From an uncultured Clostridia bacterium (GTDB taxonomy: Bacteria > Bacillota > Clostridia > Christensenellales > UBA1242): 52,531 nucleotides of DNA. Position numbers and translations under genes: made by a program. Below the pieces are notes generated by a model, which saw only the letters and a list, made by a program, of their open reading frames with translations, was not told where the DNA came from and ran no database searches. This document shows positions 1 through 10,190 of this stretch, in pieces. Position 1 is the stretch's first letter. Each line of letters opens with the position of its first letter. Where the stretch lies: NCBI GenBank assembly GCA_947054085.1, contig CAMRVD010000002.1, forward strand, positions 1 to 52,531, given 5' to 3'.

Positions 1-118
1 AATTATAATTATTCAAAAAAAATAATAAAAATGTAAAAAACCTTATAAAAATGGTAGTATTTATTCATTTTTTATGATATTATTTTAATGTTAAATTTAA
101 TAAGTTTAAGGAGAATCT

Positions 119-1558
119 ATGCGTGATTATGTAACAACGGTTTTTAACCTTCTTGTAGGACTTGTAAACCCTAATAAAATAGTTTTATTGGCATTTGTGG
201 GCTTAGCTATTATTGTTGTTTGGCAGTTGTTAAGTTTAATGCTAAGCTTTAATTCTAGGTTATCTAAAAAGTGCCGAAAGATAAGCAAATTTTTAACCAC
301 TAAAGGTTTATCGGCAGACAATTATAATAAATTTATTGCTCTTATAGCTAAAATGCCACAGGAATTTATAAGAGGATACAAAGCTTTTGAGCATGCAAGT
401 TTTGGGTTGCCTTCCGATTACATCAAACGCTTTGATAGTATAGATGTAGAGGTTAACGGTGGCATATTTAATCACGGAAAGTCTATACTAAAATCCTTTA
501 TATATACTTTTGGTGCAATATTACTTGTATTAAGCCTAGCTTTAATGGGGGAAGAGTCTACACTTACCGGATACGGTCTTGCAGATGCAATGCTTGTTCC
601 ATTACTATTTGTAATTATTGCCAAAGTATTATATTATGTTTTTGTTGCCATTAAGCAGCAACAATACCGAGTTGTGGTAGACGAGTTTAACGAGATGTTA
701 GACATTATGAACGACAAGATAGAAAACAACGACACACTCCCTGGTCCAGATGTACTTGCAGAGATTGCACCATTTGCAGAAGGAACAATAACTACCAGTC
801 CAAATTTAAACAAATTAGAAGAACAATCTGAGGTTGGTAAGGTTGCAGGTACTGTGCAAGCTGATAATACTACAGAAATACAATTTAACACAGATATAAA
901 TAAAGAAACGGATATAACTAAAGAAGAAAGCAGTATTTCTAATTTGGTTGCAGATAATATAGAAAATAATAGTAGTGCAGAAGTTCACGAGCAAACTAAT
1001 GTGCAAGAAGACGAGTACGATTGGATGTTTGATTATCAATCTAGTAATCAAGAAACAAGCGACGAAACCAATTTAAACGATACTAACTCTGAGCAAGACT
1101 CTAAAATTGTTGAAGAGCAAACAAGTCAAAAAGATAGTTTCAGTTATCAGGAACTAGAAGAAGAAGTGTCGGAAAGTATAAAAGATAATTTTGTACAGGA
1201 CGACAATAGTAGCAATGATTTAGGCTTACAAGTAGATGATATAGAACAATCTTCCTTAAATAGTTTGCCAAAAACATATTCTACTATTGTAACAGAAGTT
1301 AAAACCGAAAATATTTTAGATAATACAACTAGCAGCGAGGAAAAAATGGAAGAAAAACGCGGCAGGGGCAGACCTAAAAAAGCACCAGAGGGCGAACTAA
1401 TAATTACTAGCGATAAGCAATTTGAAGAAGTTTTAGAGCGTGCTGAAAAATTAATGAGAAAAAGCGAAGAAGCACTATCAGCTAGTCAGGCAAAAAGAGT
1501 AGAAAAAGCGTTAAAACAATTGGTAGATGCAATGACAAAATATAAAGAGGAAAAATAG
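119..1558 (+). CDS. membrane protein with acidic low-complexity linker and basic C-terminal tail (function unknown)
   Basis: 479-aa ORF with AAGGAGA RBS at 108-114. It has N-terminal hydrophobic helices, a long D/E/S/N/Q-rich middle, an RGRGRPKK AT-hook-like motif and a K/E-rich helical tail. Confidence 0.6.
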   Translation: MRDYVTTVFNLLVGLVNPNKIVLLAFVGLAIIVVWQLLSLMLSFNSRLSKKCRKISKFLTTKGLSADNYNKFIALIAKMPQEFIRGYKAFEHASFGLPSDYIKRFDSIDVEVNGGIFNHGKSILKSFIYTFGAILLVLSLALMGEESTLTGYGLADAMLVPLLFVIIAKVLYYVFVAIKQQQYRVVVDEFNEMLDIMNDKIENNDTLPGPDVLAEIAPFAEGTITTSPNLNKLEEQSEVGKVAGTVQADNTTEIQFNTDINKETDITKEESSISNLVADNIENNSSAEVHEQTNVQEDEYDWMFDYQSSNQETSDETNLNDTNSEQDSKIVEEQTSQKDSFSYQELEEEVSESIKDNFVQDDNSSNDLGLQVDDIEQSSLNSLPKTYSTIVTEVKTENILDNTTSSEEKMEEKRGRGRPKKAPEGELIITSDKQFEEVLERAEKLMRKSEEALSASQAKRVEKALKQLVDAMTKYKEEK

Positions 1559-1559
1559 A

Positions 1560-1772
1560 ATGAAAAAAAAGACAGTGAAAATTAAAAAATCTACAACAAT
1601 AGGGGAACTTCTTAAACTTAACGAAAATGTAGCAGAAATTCTTTTGGGGTTTGGGTTACATTGCTTTGGATGCCCGATGAGTCAAATGGAAACGCTAGAA
1701 GAAGCCGCAATGGTTCATGGTGTAGATATAGATTTAATGATGGACAAAATTAACGAATTTTTTAATAAATAG
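1560..1772 (+). CDS. DUF1858-like small redox-disulfide domain protein
   Basis: 70 aa, starts 2 nt after the previous stop. The pattern TIGELL...FGLHCFGCPMSQMETLEEAA..HGVD resembles the hybrid-cluster-protein-associated DUF1858 family. Confidence 0.65.
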   Translation: MKKKTVKIKKSTTIGELLKLNENVAEILLGFGLHCFGCPMSQMETLEEAAMVHGVDIDLMMDKINEFFNK

Positions 1773-1783
1773 AATCTTATGCT

Positions 1784-1812
1784 AAAAAGCCAATTGTTAG
1801 TTGGCTTTTTTT
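1784..1812 (+). terminator. intrinsic terminator
   Basis: AAAAAGCCAA / TTGGCTTTTT stem followed by a T-run, directly after the 1560-1772 ORF. Confidence 0.75.
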
Positions 1813-1906
1813 ATTACAGCTTTTTTATAATTTTGTCGAAGTTTGTAACATGTATTGATAATTTTTGTTTTTATGATATATTTAGGGTAAAAATAGGAGT
1901 TATTAT

Positions 1907-2296
1907 ATGAAAGGTTTTATTAAATTGATTTTACTTGTAATTATAGTGGGATTTGCTCTTATAAATTATAGAATCTTTACATTTACTAAGGGGTTTAGTA
2001 AGAGAGAGATGGAAGATAAAAACTTAACTGAGGTAATATCTACCATTACAGGAATAAATAAAATTGAATATTATAAAAAAACAATTGCTGACGATAAATA
2101 TATTTATAATGTATTTATTGAAACAAATACCGATGCATACTTGTTAAGTGCAACTCAAGAAGAGATAGATAGTTTTAGTGTACTTTCCATTTTTTCTGAA
2201 AAATTAAAGCCAGAAAAAATTAGTCCAATACCATTTTATGTAGAAATTGTTTTGGGACTTTTGATTTTGATTATTCCATTTGGTAAAAGGTCGTAG
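1907..2296 (+). CDS. hypothetical membrane-anchored protein
   Basis: 129-aa ORF with GGAG RBS upstream and hydrophobic N- and C-terminal segments. No recognisable family. Confidence 0.5.
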   Translation: MKGFIKLILLVIIVGFALINYRIFTFTKGFSKREMEDKNLTEVISTITGINKIEYYKKTIADDKYIYNVFIETNTDAYLLSATQEEIDSFSVLSIFSEKLKPEKISPIPFYVEIVLGLLILIIPFGKRS

Positions 2297-2311
2297 TAAA
2301 TTATTTTTGAT

Positions 2312-2344
2312 AAAAACCCACCAGTATTAAACAGGTGGGTTTTA
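2312..2344. terminator. bidirectional intrinsic terminator between convergent genes
   Basis: AAAAACCCACC ... GGTGGGTTTT hairpin flanked by A-run and T-run. Confidence 0.75.
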
Positions 2345-2452
2345 TAATGTTAATAACCATAAATAATTAGATTAATTCTAAGTTAAAATATATCATTATA
2401 ATAAGTTAAGTTTTAATGTAGAACTAATGAATAGTTATATATCAGTATCTTA

Positions 2453-3259
2453 TTATTTATTTCTCTTTTTGTTAACGCAATATTCTAAAATAGCAATTAA
2501 GCCGTACATAATACCTGCTAAAACGCAAAGTATTACTATTGTGGTCATAACCATATCTAAATTAAATACTTGGCCATTGTATACAAGTAAGTATCCAAGA
2601 CCCGCACCGCTAGATAAGTATTCGCCCATAATTACGCCTACCCAAGCCATACCTACATTAATTTTAAGCACCGCTATAAAGTTAGGTAAGCTTGCAGGAA
2701 GTACTAGCTTAAATAAAATCTGCAATTTATTAGCGCCCATGCTTTTAAGTAGCATAATTTTTTCTTCTTCTACTGCACAAAACCCATTTAGCATACTTAT
2801 AGTAGTTATTACTATACAAATAAGTATACCCATTGCAACAATTGCTTTTGTTCCAACTCCAAACCAGATTATAATTAGTGGTCCAAGAGCAACTTTAGGT
2901 AAACTATTAAGAATTACAAGGTAAGGTTCTAGTATGCGTTTTAGTGGCAAGCACATATACAAACATATTGCAATAAATCCGCCAAGAATAGTAGATATTA
3001 CAAATGCAAGCATGGTTTCGTATAGAGTTATTCCTATATCCGACCAAATAGAACCACCCGAAAATAATGTTACCAAAGTATTAAATATCCGCGACGGCGA
3101 ACTGGTTATAAATGGGTCAACTAGCCCTGACCATGCCACGTACTCCCACAAGCCTAGCAGTAACACTAATAAAAGTATTCGTAAAAAATGAATAAGTACA
3201 GTGTTAAATAGCTGTTTACGTAAATATTTTTTGTGGTCTAAAGAGTATATCTTTTTCAT
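2453..3259 (-). CDS. ABC transporter permease (nitrate/sulfonate/taurine NitT/TauT-type)
   Basis: Multi-pass membrane protein with a BPD-type permease signature region. I chose the ATG at 3259, which overlaps the upstream stop as ATGA; the track ORF extends to 3274. Confidence 0.85.
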   Translation of the reverse strand: MKKIYSLDHKKYLRKQLFNTVLIHFLRILLLVLLLGLWEYVAWSGLVDPFITSSPSRIFNTLVTLFSGGSIWSDIGITLYETMLAFVISTILGGFIAICLYMCLPLKRILEPYLVILNSLPKVALGPLIIIWFGVGTKAIVAMGILICIVITTISMLNGFCAVEEEKIMLLKSMGANKLQILFKLVLPASLPNFIAVLKINVGMAWVGVIMGEYLSSGAGLGYLLVYNGQVFNLDMVMTTIVILCVLAGIMYGLIAILEYCVNKKRNK

Positions 3260-4011
3260 GATAATTCCCTCCAAACCAAGTCGAAATATTCGTTAAACTT
3301 AGGAAGTTTACGTCTTTCGAAAGGAGACAAAGATTTGTCGAAGTCTAGATTGATTATTTTTTTAACTTTGCCGGGGCGGCTAGATAATACCATAATGCGG
3401 TCGCTCATGGCAATGGCTTCGCTTATGTCGTGAGTAACCAGTATTGCCGTCTTTTTTTCTGACTTGATTATACTAGATATGTCATCTTGCACAACCAGTC
3501 TGGTTTGGTAATCTAAAGCACTAAACGGTTCGTCTAATAAGAGTATTTCAGGAGAGCTTGCAAGCGTCCGGATTAACGCCACGCGTTGACGCATACCACC
3601 CGAAAGCTCTGTTGGGTAATGAGTAGAAAATTCTTTTAATCCATATTTTTCTAAAAGCTCTTTTACATAAGCTTTTGTTTTAGGATTTTTCTTTTTTATA
3701 ATTTCTAATCCTAAAAGTGTGTTTTTAGAAATGGTAAGCCACTCAAACAAATTGTCGCGTTGAAACATGTATCCAACTTTTGGGCTTGGTTTTGTAACTT
3801 TTTCGCCCGCAACGATAACATTGCCCGTTGTTGGCTTTATAAGACCACAAATAATAGATAGTATTGTGGTTTTGCCACAGCCGCTAGGCCCAACGATTGC
3901 CACAAATTCACCACTATTTATGCTTATATTTAAGTCGTTTAATGCCAAAGTTTCGCTTTTTTTAGAATGATAGGTTAAACTAATACCATCAAGTTCAAGT
4001 AGTTTATCCAT
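3256..4011 (-). CDS. ABC transporter ATP-binding protein
   Basis: Walker A GPSGCGKTT, signature LSGGMRQR and Walker B LLLDEPFSALD. Confidence 0.93.
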   Translation of the reverse strand: MDKLLELDGISLTYHSKKSETLALNDLNISINSGEFVAIVGPSGCGKTTILSIICGLIKPTTGNVIVAGEKVTKPSPKVGYMFQRDNLFEWLTISKNTLLGLEIIKKKNPKTKAYVKELLEKYGLKEFSTHYPTELSGGMRQRVALIRTLASSPEILLLDEPFSALDYQTRLVVQDDISSIIKSEKKTAILVTHDISEAIAMSDRIMVLSSRPGKVKKIINLDFDKSLSPFERRKLPKFNEYFDLVWRELS

Positions 4012-4023
4012 AATAATTTAGTT

Positions 4024-5016
4024 TTAAATTTTGTTTGCATAGCTGTTGTCTACAACGCTAGAAAATCCAACATTTTTGTTAATTTGGCCAGCATTAGACA
4101 TAACCTGAAGTAGTCTGATGTAGCTATCTTCGGTCATAACCATGCCTTCTTTCCAAGCGTCAATTTCTATGTAACTTTCTACGGCTAGTGCTAAACTTTC
4201 TAAACTAGTTGTTTCAAAACTTGGTTTTAAGCTTTTTGCAACTTCGCTAGATGGCGAAGATTTTATAAACTTATAAGCTTTATCAACTGCCTTTAAAAAG
4301 TTTTCGATCATTTCGCTATTTTTGTTTAAATAGTCTGGTTTTGCCATAAAACAGGTATAAGGTATTTCGCCGCTGTATTGTCCAACACTGCCAATCATGT
4401 AGCCTTTACCAGAGTTTACAAACTCACTTGCAGTTGGCTCGAACATGGTGCAAAATTCTGCCTCGGTGCTTTCAAATACAGGAACCATCATGTTAAAGGC
4501 TGTATCTAAGTCTAGAGTAATATTGTGGCTATTATAAAGCGAATTATTAGAGCAGACCCATTCAAAAGTCATTGCAGGAAGTCCGCCACGGCGGCCAGCA
4601 ATAACAGTTTTGTTTTCGAGGTCGGTTTTCCAATCGAAGTTTTCGTATGGAGTTTTACTAATCAAAAAGCTACCATCGCGTTTTGTTAGCTGCCCAAATA
4701 CTTTAGGATAAGATGTACTGCCTTGGCTTGCAACATAAACAACGGTTTCTGGTCCCATTAGTGCAATATCTGCTTGACCAGAAAGTAGAGCTGCCATACT
4801 GCTGTCTGAGCCTCCACCATTTGTAAGTTTTATATCTATACCGTACTCTTTAAAGTATCCGTTGTTTATTGCAACATATAATGGAGCATAAAACACACTA
4901 TGAGTAACTTCGTTTATGCGTACAGTAGACGGGTTCTTATCCTTACAACCAACAAATCCTACGCATGCACACAGAGATAGTACTAACGCTGATGCAAAAC
5001 ATAAAAATTTTTTCAA
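4024..5016 (-). CDS. ABC transporter substrate-binding lipoprotein (NMT1/THI5-like)
   Basis: Signal peptide with lipobox (FVGC). Periplasmic-binding-protein-like sequence, first gene of the SBP-ATPase-permease operon. Confidence 0.8.
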   Translation of the reverse strand: MKKFLCFASALVLSLCACVGFVGCKDKNPSTVRINEVTHSVFYAPLYVAINNGYFKEYGIDIKLTNGGGSDSSMAALLSGQADIALMGPETVVYVASQGSTSYPKVFGQLTKRDGSFLISKTPYENFDWKTDLENKTVIAGRRGGLPAMTFEWVCSNNSLYNSHNITLDLDTAFNMMVPVFESTEAEFCTMFEPTASEFVNSGKGYMIGSVGQYSGEIPYTCFMAKPDYLNKNSEMIENFLKAVDKAYKFIKSSPSSEVAKSLKPSFETTSLESLALAVESYIEIDAWKEGMVMTEDSYIRLLQVMSNAGQINKNVGFSSVVDNSYANKI

Positions 5017-5295
5017 AAACTGTTTCCTCCTTGATAAATTTTAGAACTTGGCTTTTTCGCACAAATTCTTAGTATATTTTATGAAGCCTTTAGCTTAATT
5101 GTTAAACAATTTAAAGTTTTATGTTGCACTTGTAAATAATTGTGTGATAAAATAAGTTATTAATTAGAGATATTAATGTCGATATACTATACATAACTCT
5201 ATCAATAAAGGTATTGTATTTAGGATTATGTTAGCATTTATAATAAATCATTGATAAATTAATTACAAAAAGACTAAAATTAATTGGAGAAAAAT

Positions 5296-5502
5296 ATGGT
5301 ATTAACTGTTTTTAAGTTTATATTTTTAGCGGTGTTCGCCATTGGCGGACTTTTACTTCTATGTGCACCATTGTTTTACTCGGGCATTAAGCATACCGAC
5401 GAAATATTGCGTAATCGCAAAATAACAAAACTTAGGCTAATTGCTGTGCTTATTGCCTGCGTAGGACTATTAATGGTAATAATACTTGCAAATATTAAAT
5501 AA
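5296..5502 (+). CDS. small two-helix membrane protein (hypothetical)
   Basis: ATG at 5296 preceded by GGAGAAAAAT. 68 aa, two hydrophobic helices, ends 16 nt before valS. Confidence 0.4.
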   Translation: MVLTVFKFIFLAVFAIGGLLLLCAPLFYSGIKHTDEILRNRKITKLRLIAVLIACVGLLMVIILANIK

Positions 5503-5518
5503 AAATAAGGATACTAAA

Positions 5519-8110
5519 ATGAATACTAAAAAAAGTTATAACCCAACCGAATGGGAAGACGAAATATATAATTTATGGCAAAATAGCAATGCTTTTAGTG
5601 CGGACGAAAACAGCAAAAAGCCTGCATTTAGTATAATAATGCCACCACCAAATGTTACAAGCCAAGCACACATTGGTCATGCTATGGACATGACATATCA
5701 AGATATACTAGTTAGGTATAAACGTTTACGCGGATTTGAATGTTTGTGGCAACCGGGTACAGACCATGCTGCTCTTGCAACCGAAGCAAAACTTGTAGAA
5801 AAGCTAAAAAAAGAGGGTACAACTAAAGAGCAAATAGGCAGAAGCGAATTTGATAAAATAGCATGGGATTGGTACAACTATTACGGCGATCGCATTTTGC
5901 AGCAGTTTAAACGCTTAGGTTTTTCTGCTGACTGGAATCGATATAAATTTACTATGGACGAAACCAGTACTAATGCTGTTTTAACCGCGTTTATAAATTT
6001 GTACAACAAAGGGCTAATTTATAGAGGCAAACGTCAAACCAACTGGTGTGTAAAATGTAAGTCGGTTATATCGGACGACGAAGTTAATTACGAAGACGAA
6101 ATGGGCAGTATGTGGCACATAAAATATCCATACTCGGACGGCAGTGGATATATTATTGTTGCAACCACTCGTCCAGAAACCCTTTTTGGCGATACAGCAG
6201 TTGCTGTAAATCCAGACGATGATAGATATAAAAATGTAATTGGCAAAACTTTAAATTTGCCACTAACTAATCGCAAAATTCCAATAATTGCAGATAGCTA
6301 TGTAGATAAAACTTTTGGAACTGGCATGGTTAAAATAACCCCAGCACACGACCCTAACGATTACGAAGTAGGCAAACGCCACAATCTAGAGATGATTTCG
6401 GTAATTTCTAAAGACGGAAAACTTAGCGAGGCGGCGGGCGAATTTTTTGGGCTGGAACTAGCCGAGGCACGTAAAAAAGTAGTAGAAGCATTAGAAAATC
6501 AAGGGCTATTGGAAAAAATTGAGCCGCATAAACATAATGTTGGCAAGTGCGAGAGGTGTCATACTACAATAGAGCCAATGATAACCGAGCAATGGTTTGT
6601 TAAAATGCAGGAACTTGTAAAACCTGCTATCGAAGTTGTTAAAAAAGGCGACTTGCAAATACATCCTAAGCGTTTTGAAAAAAATTATTTTAGGTGGCTA
6701 GAAAATATTCAGGATTGGTGCATCTCGCGTCAAATTTGGACGGGGCACAGAATACCAATTTACTATTGCGACAATTGCGGAAACACGGTGGCTGACCGCG
6801 GCATGCCAACCAAATGCAATAAATGCGGCGGGCATAAGTTTACTCAGGACCCAGACGTTCTAGATACTTGGTTTAGTAGCGCACTATGGCCATTTAGCAC
6901 CCTTGGCTGGCCAAACAAAACCAAGGAGCTGGATAAATTTTACCCAACCAGTGTGCTTGTAACGGGCTTTGATATACTTACTCAGTGGGCAACAAAAATG
7001 GTTTACATGGGCTTTGAATGCGTGGGAGCAACTCCATTTAAGCATGCACTTATTCATGGTCTTGTTCGCGATGAGCAGGGCAGAAAGATGAGTAAAAGTT
7101 TAGGCAATGGTGTAGACCCGCTAGACGTTATTTCTAAGCATGGGGCGGACGCACTAAGACTTGCACTTATAAAAGATATGAGCATGGGTATGGATACCCG
7201 CTATAGTAACACTAAGGTAGAAACCAGTGCGGGATTTATAAACAAACTTTGGAATGCTAGCAAGTTTATTGCTATGCACAGCGAGGGCGTACAATTAATA
7301 GATATTAATGTAGCAAAACTTGCAGCTGCAGATAACTGGCTAATGTACAAACTTGGTGGCTTGATTAAAACCGTCGAAACTAACTTCGATAACTTTGATG
7401 TAGGCGTGGCTCTAACTAACATTTATAGTTTTGTGTTAGACGACTTTTGCGATTACTACATAGAGTTTAGCAAACCTAGTATCTTTGCAGGCGGAAAAAG
7501 CAAACAAACGGCTGTGAGCGTACTTAACTTTGCACTAGATGCAATACTAAAATTGCTTCATCCATTTATTCCTTTTGTAACTGAGTATATTTATCAAAAT
7601 AGTAATGCGATTAATAACGATAAAAAATTATTAATGCTTGCTAATGCCCCAACGGCATATAATGTCGATAAATATTTAGAGGATTATAATATAACCGAAG
7701 ATGTTATAGATGCTATCAAAAATTTACGAACACTTAAAGCTACAAATAATATTGCGACAAACGTTAAGCCAAATGTTGTGGCTCCTCAAAATTCTAAACA
7801 ATACGAGGATCTTATTGGTAAGCTTGCAGGCGTTAACTTAGTTTACGACGACGCTGACGGAAAAGTTGTAGTAACCAAACTTGGCAAATTTACATTAGTA
7901 GAGCAAGTTATAGATAAGGCAGAGCAACAAAAACACTTAAAAGAGCAGATAGACAAACTAAGCTTTGAAATTAAGCGTTCTAGTGGTATGTTAAATAACG
8001 CAGGGTTTATAGCTAAAGCACCTGCAAAACTGGTAGAGGCAGAAAAGGCAAAACTAAAAGATAACGAGTCTAAACTTGCAGAACTACAAGCTAAACTTAA
8101 TAGCTTATAA
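5519..8110 (+). CDS. valS: valine--tRNA ligase
   Basis: Class I aaRS with HIGH-type motif (SQAHIGHA), KMSKS, and a C-terminal coiled-coil typical of ValRS. I chose the ATG at 5519 with AAGGA upstream; the track ORF starts at 5486. Confidence 0.96.
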   Translation: MNTKKSYNPTEWEDEIYNLWQNSNAFSADENSKKPAFSIIMPPPNVTSQAHIGHAMDMTYQDILVRYKRLRGFECLWQPGTDHAALATEAKLVEKLKKEGTTKEQIGRSEFDKIAWDWYNYYGDRILQQFKRLGFSADWNRYKFTMDETSTNAVLTAFINLYNKGLIYRGKRQTNWCVKCKSVISDDEVNYEDEMGSMWHIKYPYSDGSGYIIVATTRPETLFGDTAVAVNPDDDRYKNVIGKTLNLPLTNRKIPIIADSYVDKTFGTGMVKITPAHDPNDYEVGKRHNLEMISVISKDGKLSEAAGEFFGLELAEARKKVVEALENQGLLEKIEPHKHNVGKCERCHTTIEPMITEQWFVKMQELVKPAIEVVKKGDLQIHPKRFEKNYFRWLENIQDWCISRQIWTGHRIPIYYCDNCGNTVADRGMPTKCNKCGGHKFTQDPDVLDTWFSSALWPFSTLGWPNKTKELDKFYPTSVLVTGFDILTQWATKMVYMGFECVGATPFKHALIHGLVRDEQGRKMSKSLGNGVDPLDVISKHGADALRLALIKDMSMGMDTRYSNTKVETSAGFINKLWNASKFIAMHSEGVQLIDINVAKLAAADNWLMYKLGGLIKTVETNFDNFDVGVALTNIYSFVLDDFCDYYIEFSKPSIFAGGKSKQTAVSVLNFALDAILKLLHPFIPFVTEYIYQNSNAINNDKKLLMLANAPTAYNVDKYLEDYNITEDVIDAIKNLRTLKATNNIATNVKPNVVAPQNSKQYEDLIGKLAGVNLVYDDADGKVVVTKLGKFTLVEQVIDKAEQQKHLKEQIDKLSFEIKRSSGMLNNAGFIAKAPAKLVEAEKAKLKDNESKLAELQAKLNSL

Positions 8111-8140
8111 AAATTTATAAATATTGCTGTTAATAATTAA

Positions 8141-8172
8141 AAAACAACTGGCATTATGCCAGTTGTTTTTAT
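8141..8172. terminator. bidirectional intrinsic terminator (valS / veg convergent)
   Basis: Perfect 13-bp stem AAAACAACTGGCA/TGCCAGTTGTTTT with a 3-nt loop and a T-run. Confidence 0.85.
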
Positions 8173-8247
8173 GTATGCTTATTGTTAGCATTAAAATAGA
8201 ATATATACTTAACAGATATATATTAGATATTATTTATAATATTACGT

Positions 8248-8493
8248 TTATCCATTAATCTTATTTATTTTAACATCTCCGCAAAGCACTTCCGCGTGGC
8301 TATACGAGTAATGCTTTTCCCCGTCGGGGTCGTAAACAAGCACAGTAAATATGCTAGGGTACACACTTTCTATAATCCCTTCGTATTTTTCTATTTTTTT
8401 GCGTCCTTTGCTTACTTGCATTTTAACGCTTTCTCCTTTTAGCTTTGTAATCTCGTTTATAACATCTTTTATATCTAAATTAACTTTACGCAT
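8248..8493 (-). CDS. veg: Veg-family small protein
   Basis: 81 aa. The layout GRKK..KYEGIIESVYPSIFTV....YSYSHAEVL matches B. subtilis Veg. Confidence 0.8.
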   Translation of the reverse strand: MRKVNLDIKDVINEITKLKGESVKMQVSKGRKKIEKYEGIIESVYPSIFTVLVYDPDGEKHYSYSHAEVLCGDVKINKING

Positions 8494-8612
8494 GGCTATT
8501 CTCCTAAACTAAAGATTACCCAAAAAATAATTTTTATACTTTTTTTTAAAAATTAGTCATATTTGGTTTTTTGCCGCTATAAAATAATATTACTTATGGG
8601 AGGAGTTATTTC

Positions 8613-10100
8613 ATGGCGTTTGAACAACAATCTATCACTTTTCAAACAAAAAAGATTTTAGGAGTAGGCGAGTTTGCTGTAAACAGCAAGTTGCCACTAG
8701 ACTTAGAAAAACCACTAAAAAAAGTTATTAGTGTAAATGCACTTGCAGAAACATCGTCTTGCGAACTTATTGATACTGATTTTAATATTTTAGGTAAATC
8801 GCAAGTAAACGTTATTTACTTAACCGAAAACGACACCCTAGAAAGTGTAACAGCTAATGTAGATTGGAACTATAGTTTAAAAGTTGCTGGCGAAAATCCA
8901 GAAGCTTTTGTAACAGTAAAGGAAATTGTAGTAGAAGGTACTTCTATGAGCGAAGTTGCTCTAAACATTTTGCATAATGTAGAAGCAGAAGGCGTTACAA
9001 AAACCGAAGTTACACCACTTCCAGAAATTGCGGACGATTATGTAACTAACTTAAATAATCTAGAGCTAAAAAAATTAGCAAGTCGTGCATCTTCTAAATT
9101 TACTTTGGCAGAAACATTGGAGTCGGCATCTAACGCAAAATCTGTATTAAATACTTTTGCAAGCGTTAAAGTAAAAAATGTAACTGCTGGCATCGACCAA
9201 GTAACAGTAGAAGGCGAAGCAATTGTTAAAGTACTTTACTTAACCGAAGATGGTAGTAATGTATTAAACAAAATTATCGAATTTAAGCAAGAAGTTCCTG
9301 CAATGGGAGCTATGCCAAGTGAAGAGGCCGAAGCCAAAGTTTATGTAACTTCTGCTTCGTGTGCACTAGAAATTGGCGAAAAATGCAATTTTGTTTTAGC
9401 TATAAATTTAGGTGCAAGTGTTAGCTCTTATAAAACCGAAAATCTAAGTGTAGTAGACGATTTATTTTCGGTAACAAATAATATAGAAACTACTTACGAC
9501 TGCGTTAATTATAGCGAATATGGTCAGATGGTTTTCTTTGCGGACAGTGTTAATTTAAGTGTAACAACCGACAATACTGTTGCTCAAGTTATAGATACTA
9601 TTAATCCTAAAGTGGAAATATCTAAACAAATCATCGAAAATAATTATTTAATTGCAGAAGGTGTAGTTTCGGCTTGCTTAATCTACAAGACCGAGGACGG
9701 CAATGTCCAATCTACTAATATGGTTTGTCCGTTTATTAGCAAAACAGACGCAACTGTAGCTGGCAGTGTGTATAATATTCAGGCTAATGCAAATGTACTT
9801 AGCACTAAACTTAGAGCACAAGCGGAAGTAGAAACTATAATAGAACTAGATTTTGTGGCAAGTGTTCTTAAAGAAAATTATTTTGAATATGTAAAAGCTG
9901 TTAATGTAGTAGGAGAAAGAGATCAGCTTTCTAGTGCTGTAACTATCTATGTTACCAAAGAAGGCGAAAGGCTATTTGATGTTGCACGAGCTCTTGGAAT
10001 CACTCCAGAAACTATTACAAATCAGAACGAAATCGCAGACGGAAAATTTACAAATGGTCAAAGAGTATTTGTATATAATCCATTAAATGCTCAGTTTTAA
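8613..10100 (+). CDS. SPOCS/DUF3794-repeat protein with C-terminal LysM domain (spore-coat SafA-like)
   Basis: 495 aa, GGGAGGAG RBS. Repetitive beta-rich body, with a LysM-like C-terminus (YVTKEGERLFDVARALGITPETITNQNEI...GQRVFVYNP). Confidence 0.65.
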   Translation: MAFEQQSITFQTKKILGVGEFAVNSKLPLDLEKPLKKVISVNALAETSSCELIDTDFNILGKSQVNVIYLTENDTLESVTANVDWNYSLKVAGENPEAFVTVKEIVVEGTSMSEVALNILHNVEAEGVTKTEVTPLPEIADDYVTNLNNLELKKLASRASSKFTLAETLESASNAKSVLNTFASVKVKNVTAGIDQVTVEGEAIVKVLYLTEDGSNVLNKIIEFKQEVPAMGAMPSEEAEAKVYVTSASCALEIGEKCNFVLAINLGASVSSYKTENLSVVDDLFSVTNNIETTYDCVNYSEYGQMVFFADSVNLSVTTDNTVAQVIDTINPKVEISKQIIENNYLIAEGVVSACLIYKTEDGNVQSTNMVCPFISKTDATVAGSVYNIQANANVLSTKLRAQAEVETIIELDFVASVLKENYFEYVKAVNVVGERDQLSSAVTIYVTKEGERLFDVARALGITPETITNQNEIADGKFTNGQRVFVYNPLNAQF

Positions 10101-10114
10101 TTTCGATAAACGCC

Positions 10115-10152
10115 AAAAAAAAGCAGAAATCTACAAATTTCTGCTTTTTTAT
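10115..10152 (+). terminator. intrinsic terminator
   Basis: AGCAGAAAT/ATTTCTGCT stem flanked by A-run and T-run. Confidence 0.8.
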
Positions 10153-10190
10153 TTGTAATATTTGCAGTATTTCTTGCCAATTATTGCGGT

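Noticed and set aside
2427-2924. Long antisense or alternative-frame ORFs from the track. Examples: 2427-2924 (+), 2934-3191 (+), 3767-3970 (+), 16973-17371 (+), 26061-26435 (+), 47780-48133 (+), 37329-37568 (-), 10589-11276 (-).
   Set aside because: Each lies entirely inside, and opposite or out of frame to, a gene with strong motif support (ABC permease/ATPase, spmA, kinase, typA, mnmE, Rho-like). They have no RBS. Their composition is low-complexity and typical of shadow ORFs in AT-rich DNA.
5017-5518. Possible T-box leader upstream of valS, or TPP riboswitch upstream of the NMT1/THI5-type ABC operon
   Set aside because: I found no T-box core (GGTGGTACCGCG-like) before valS. I found no TPP core (CTGAGA ... 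ACCTGATCTGGATAATGCCAGCG-like) on the minus-strand leader 5017-5283.
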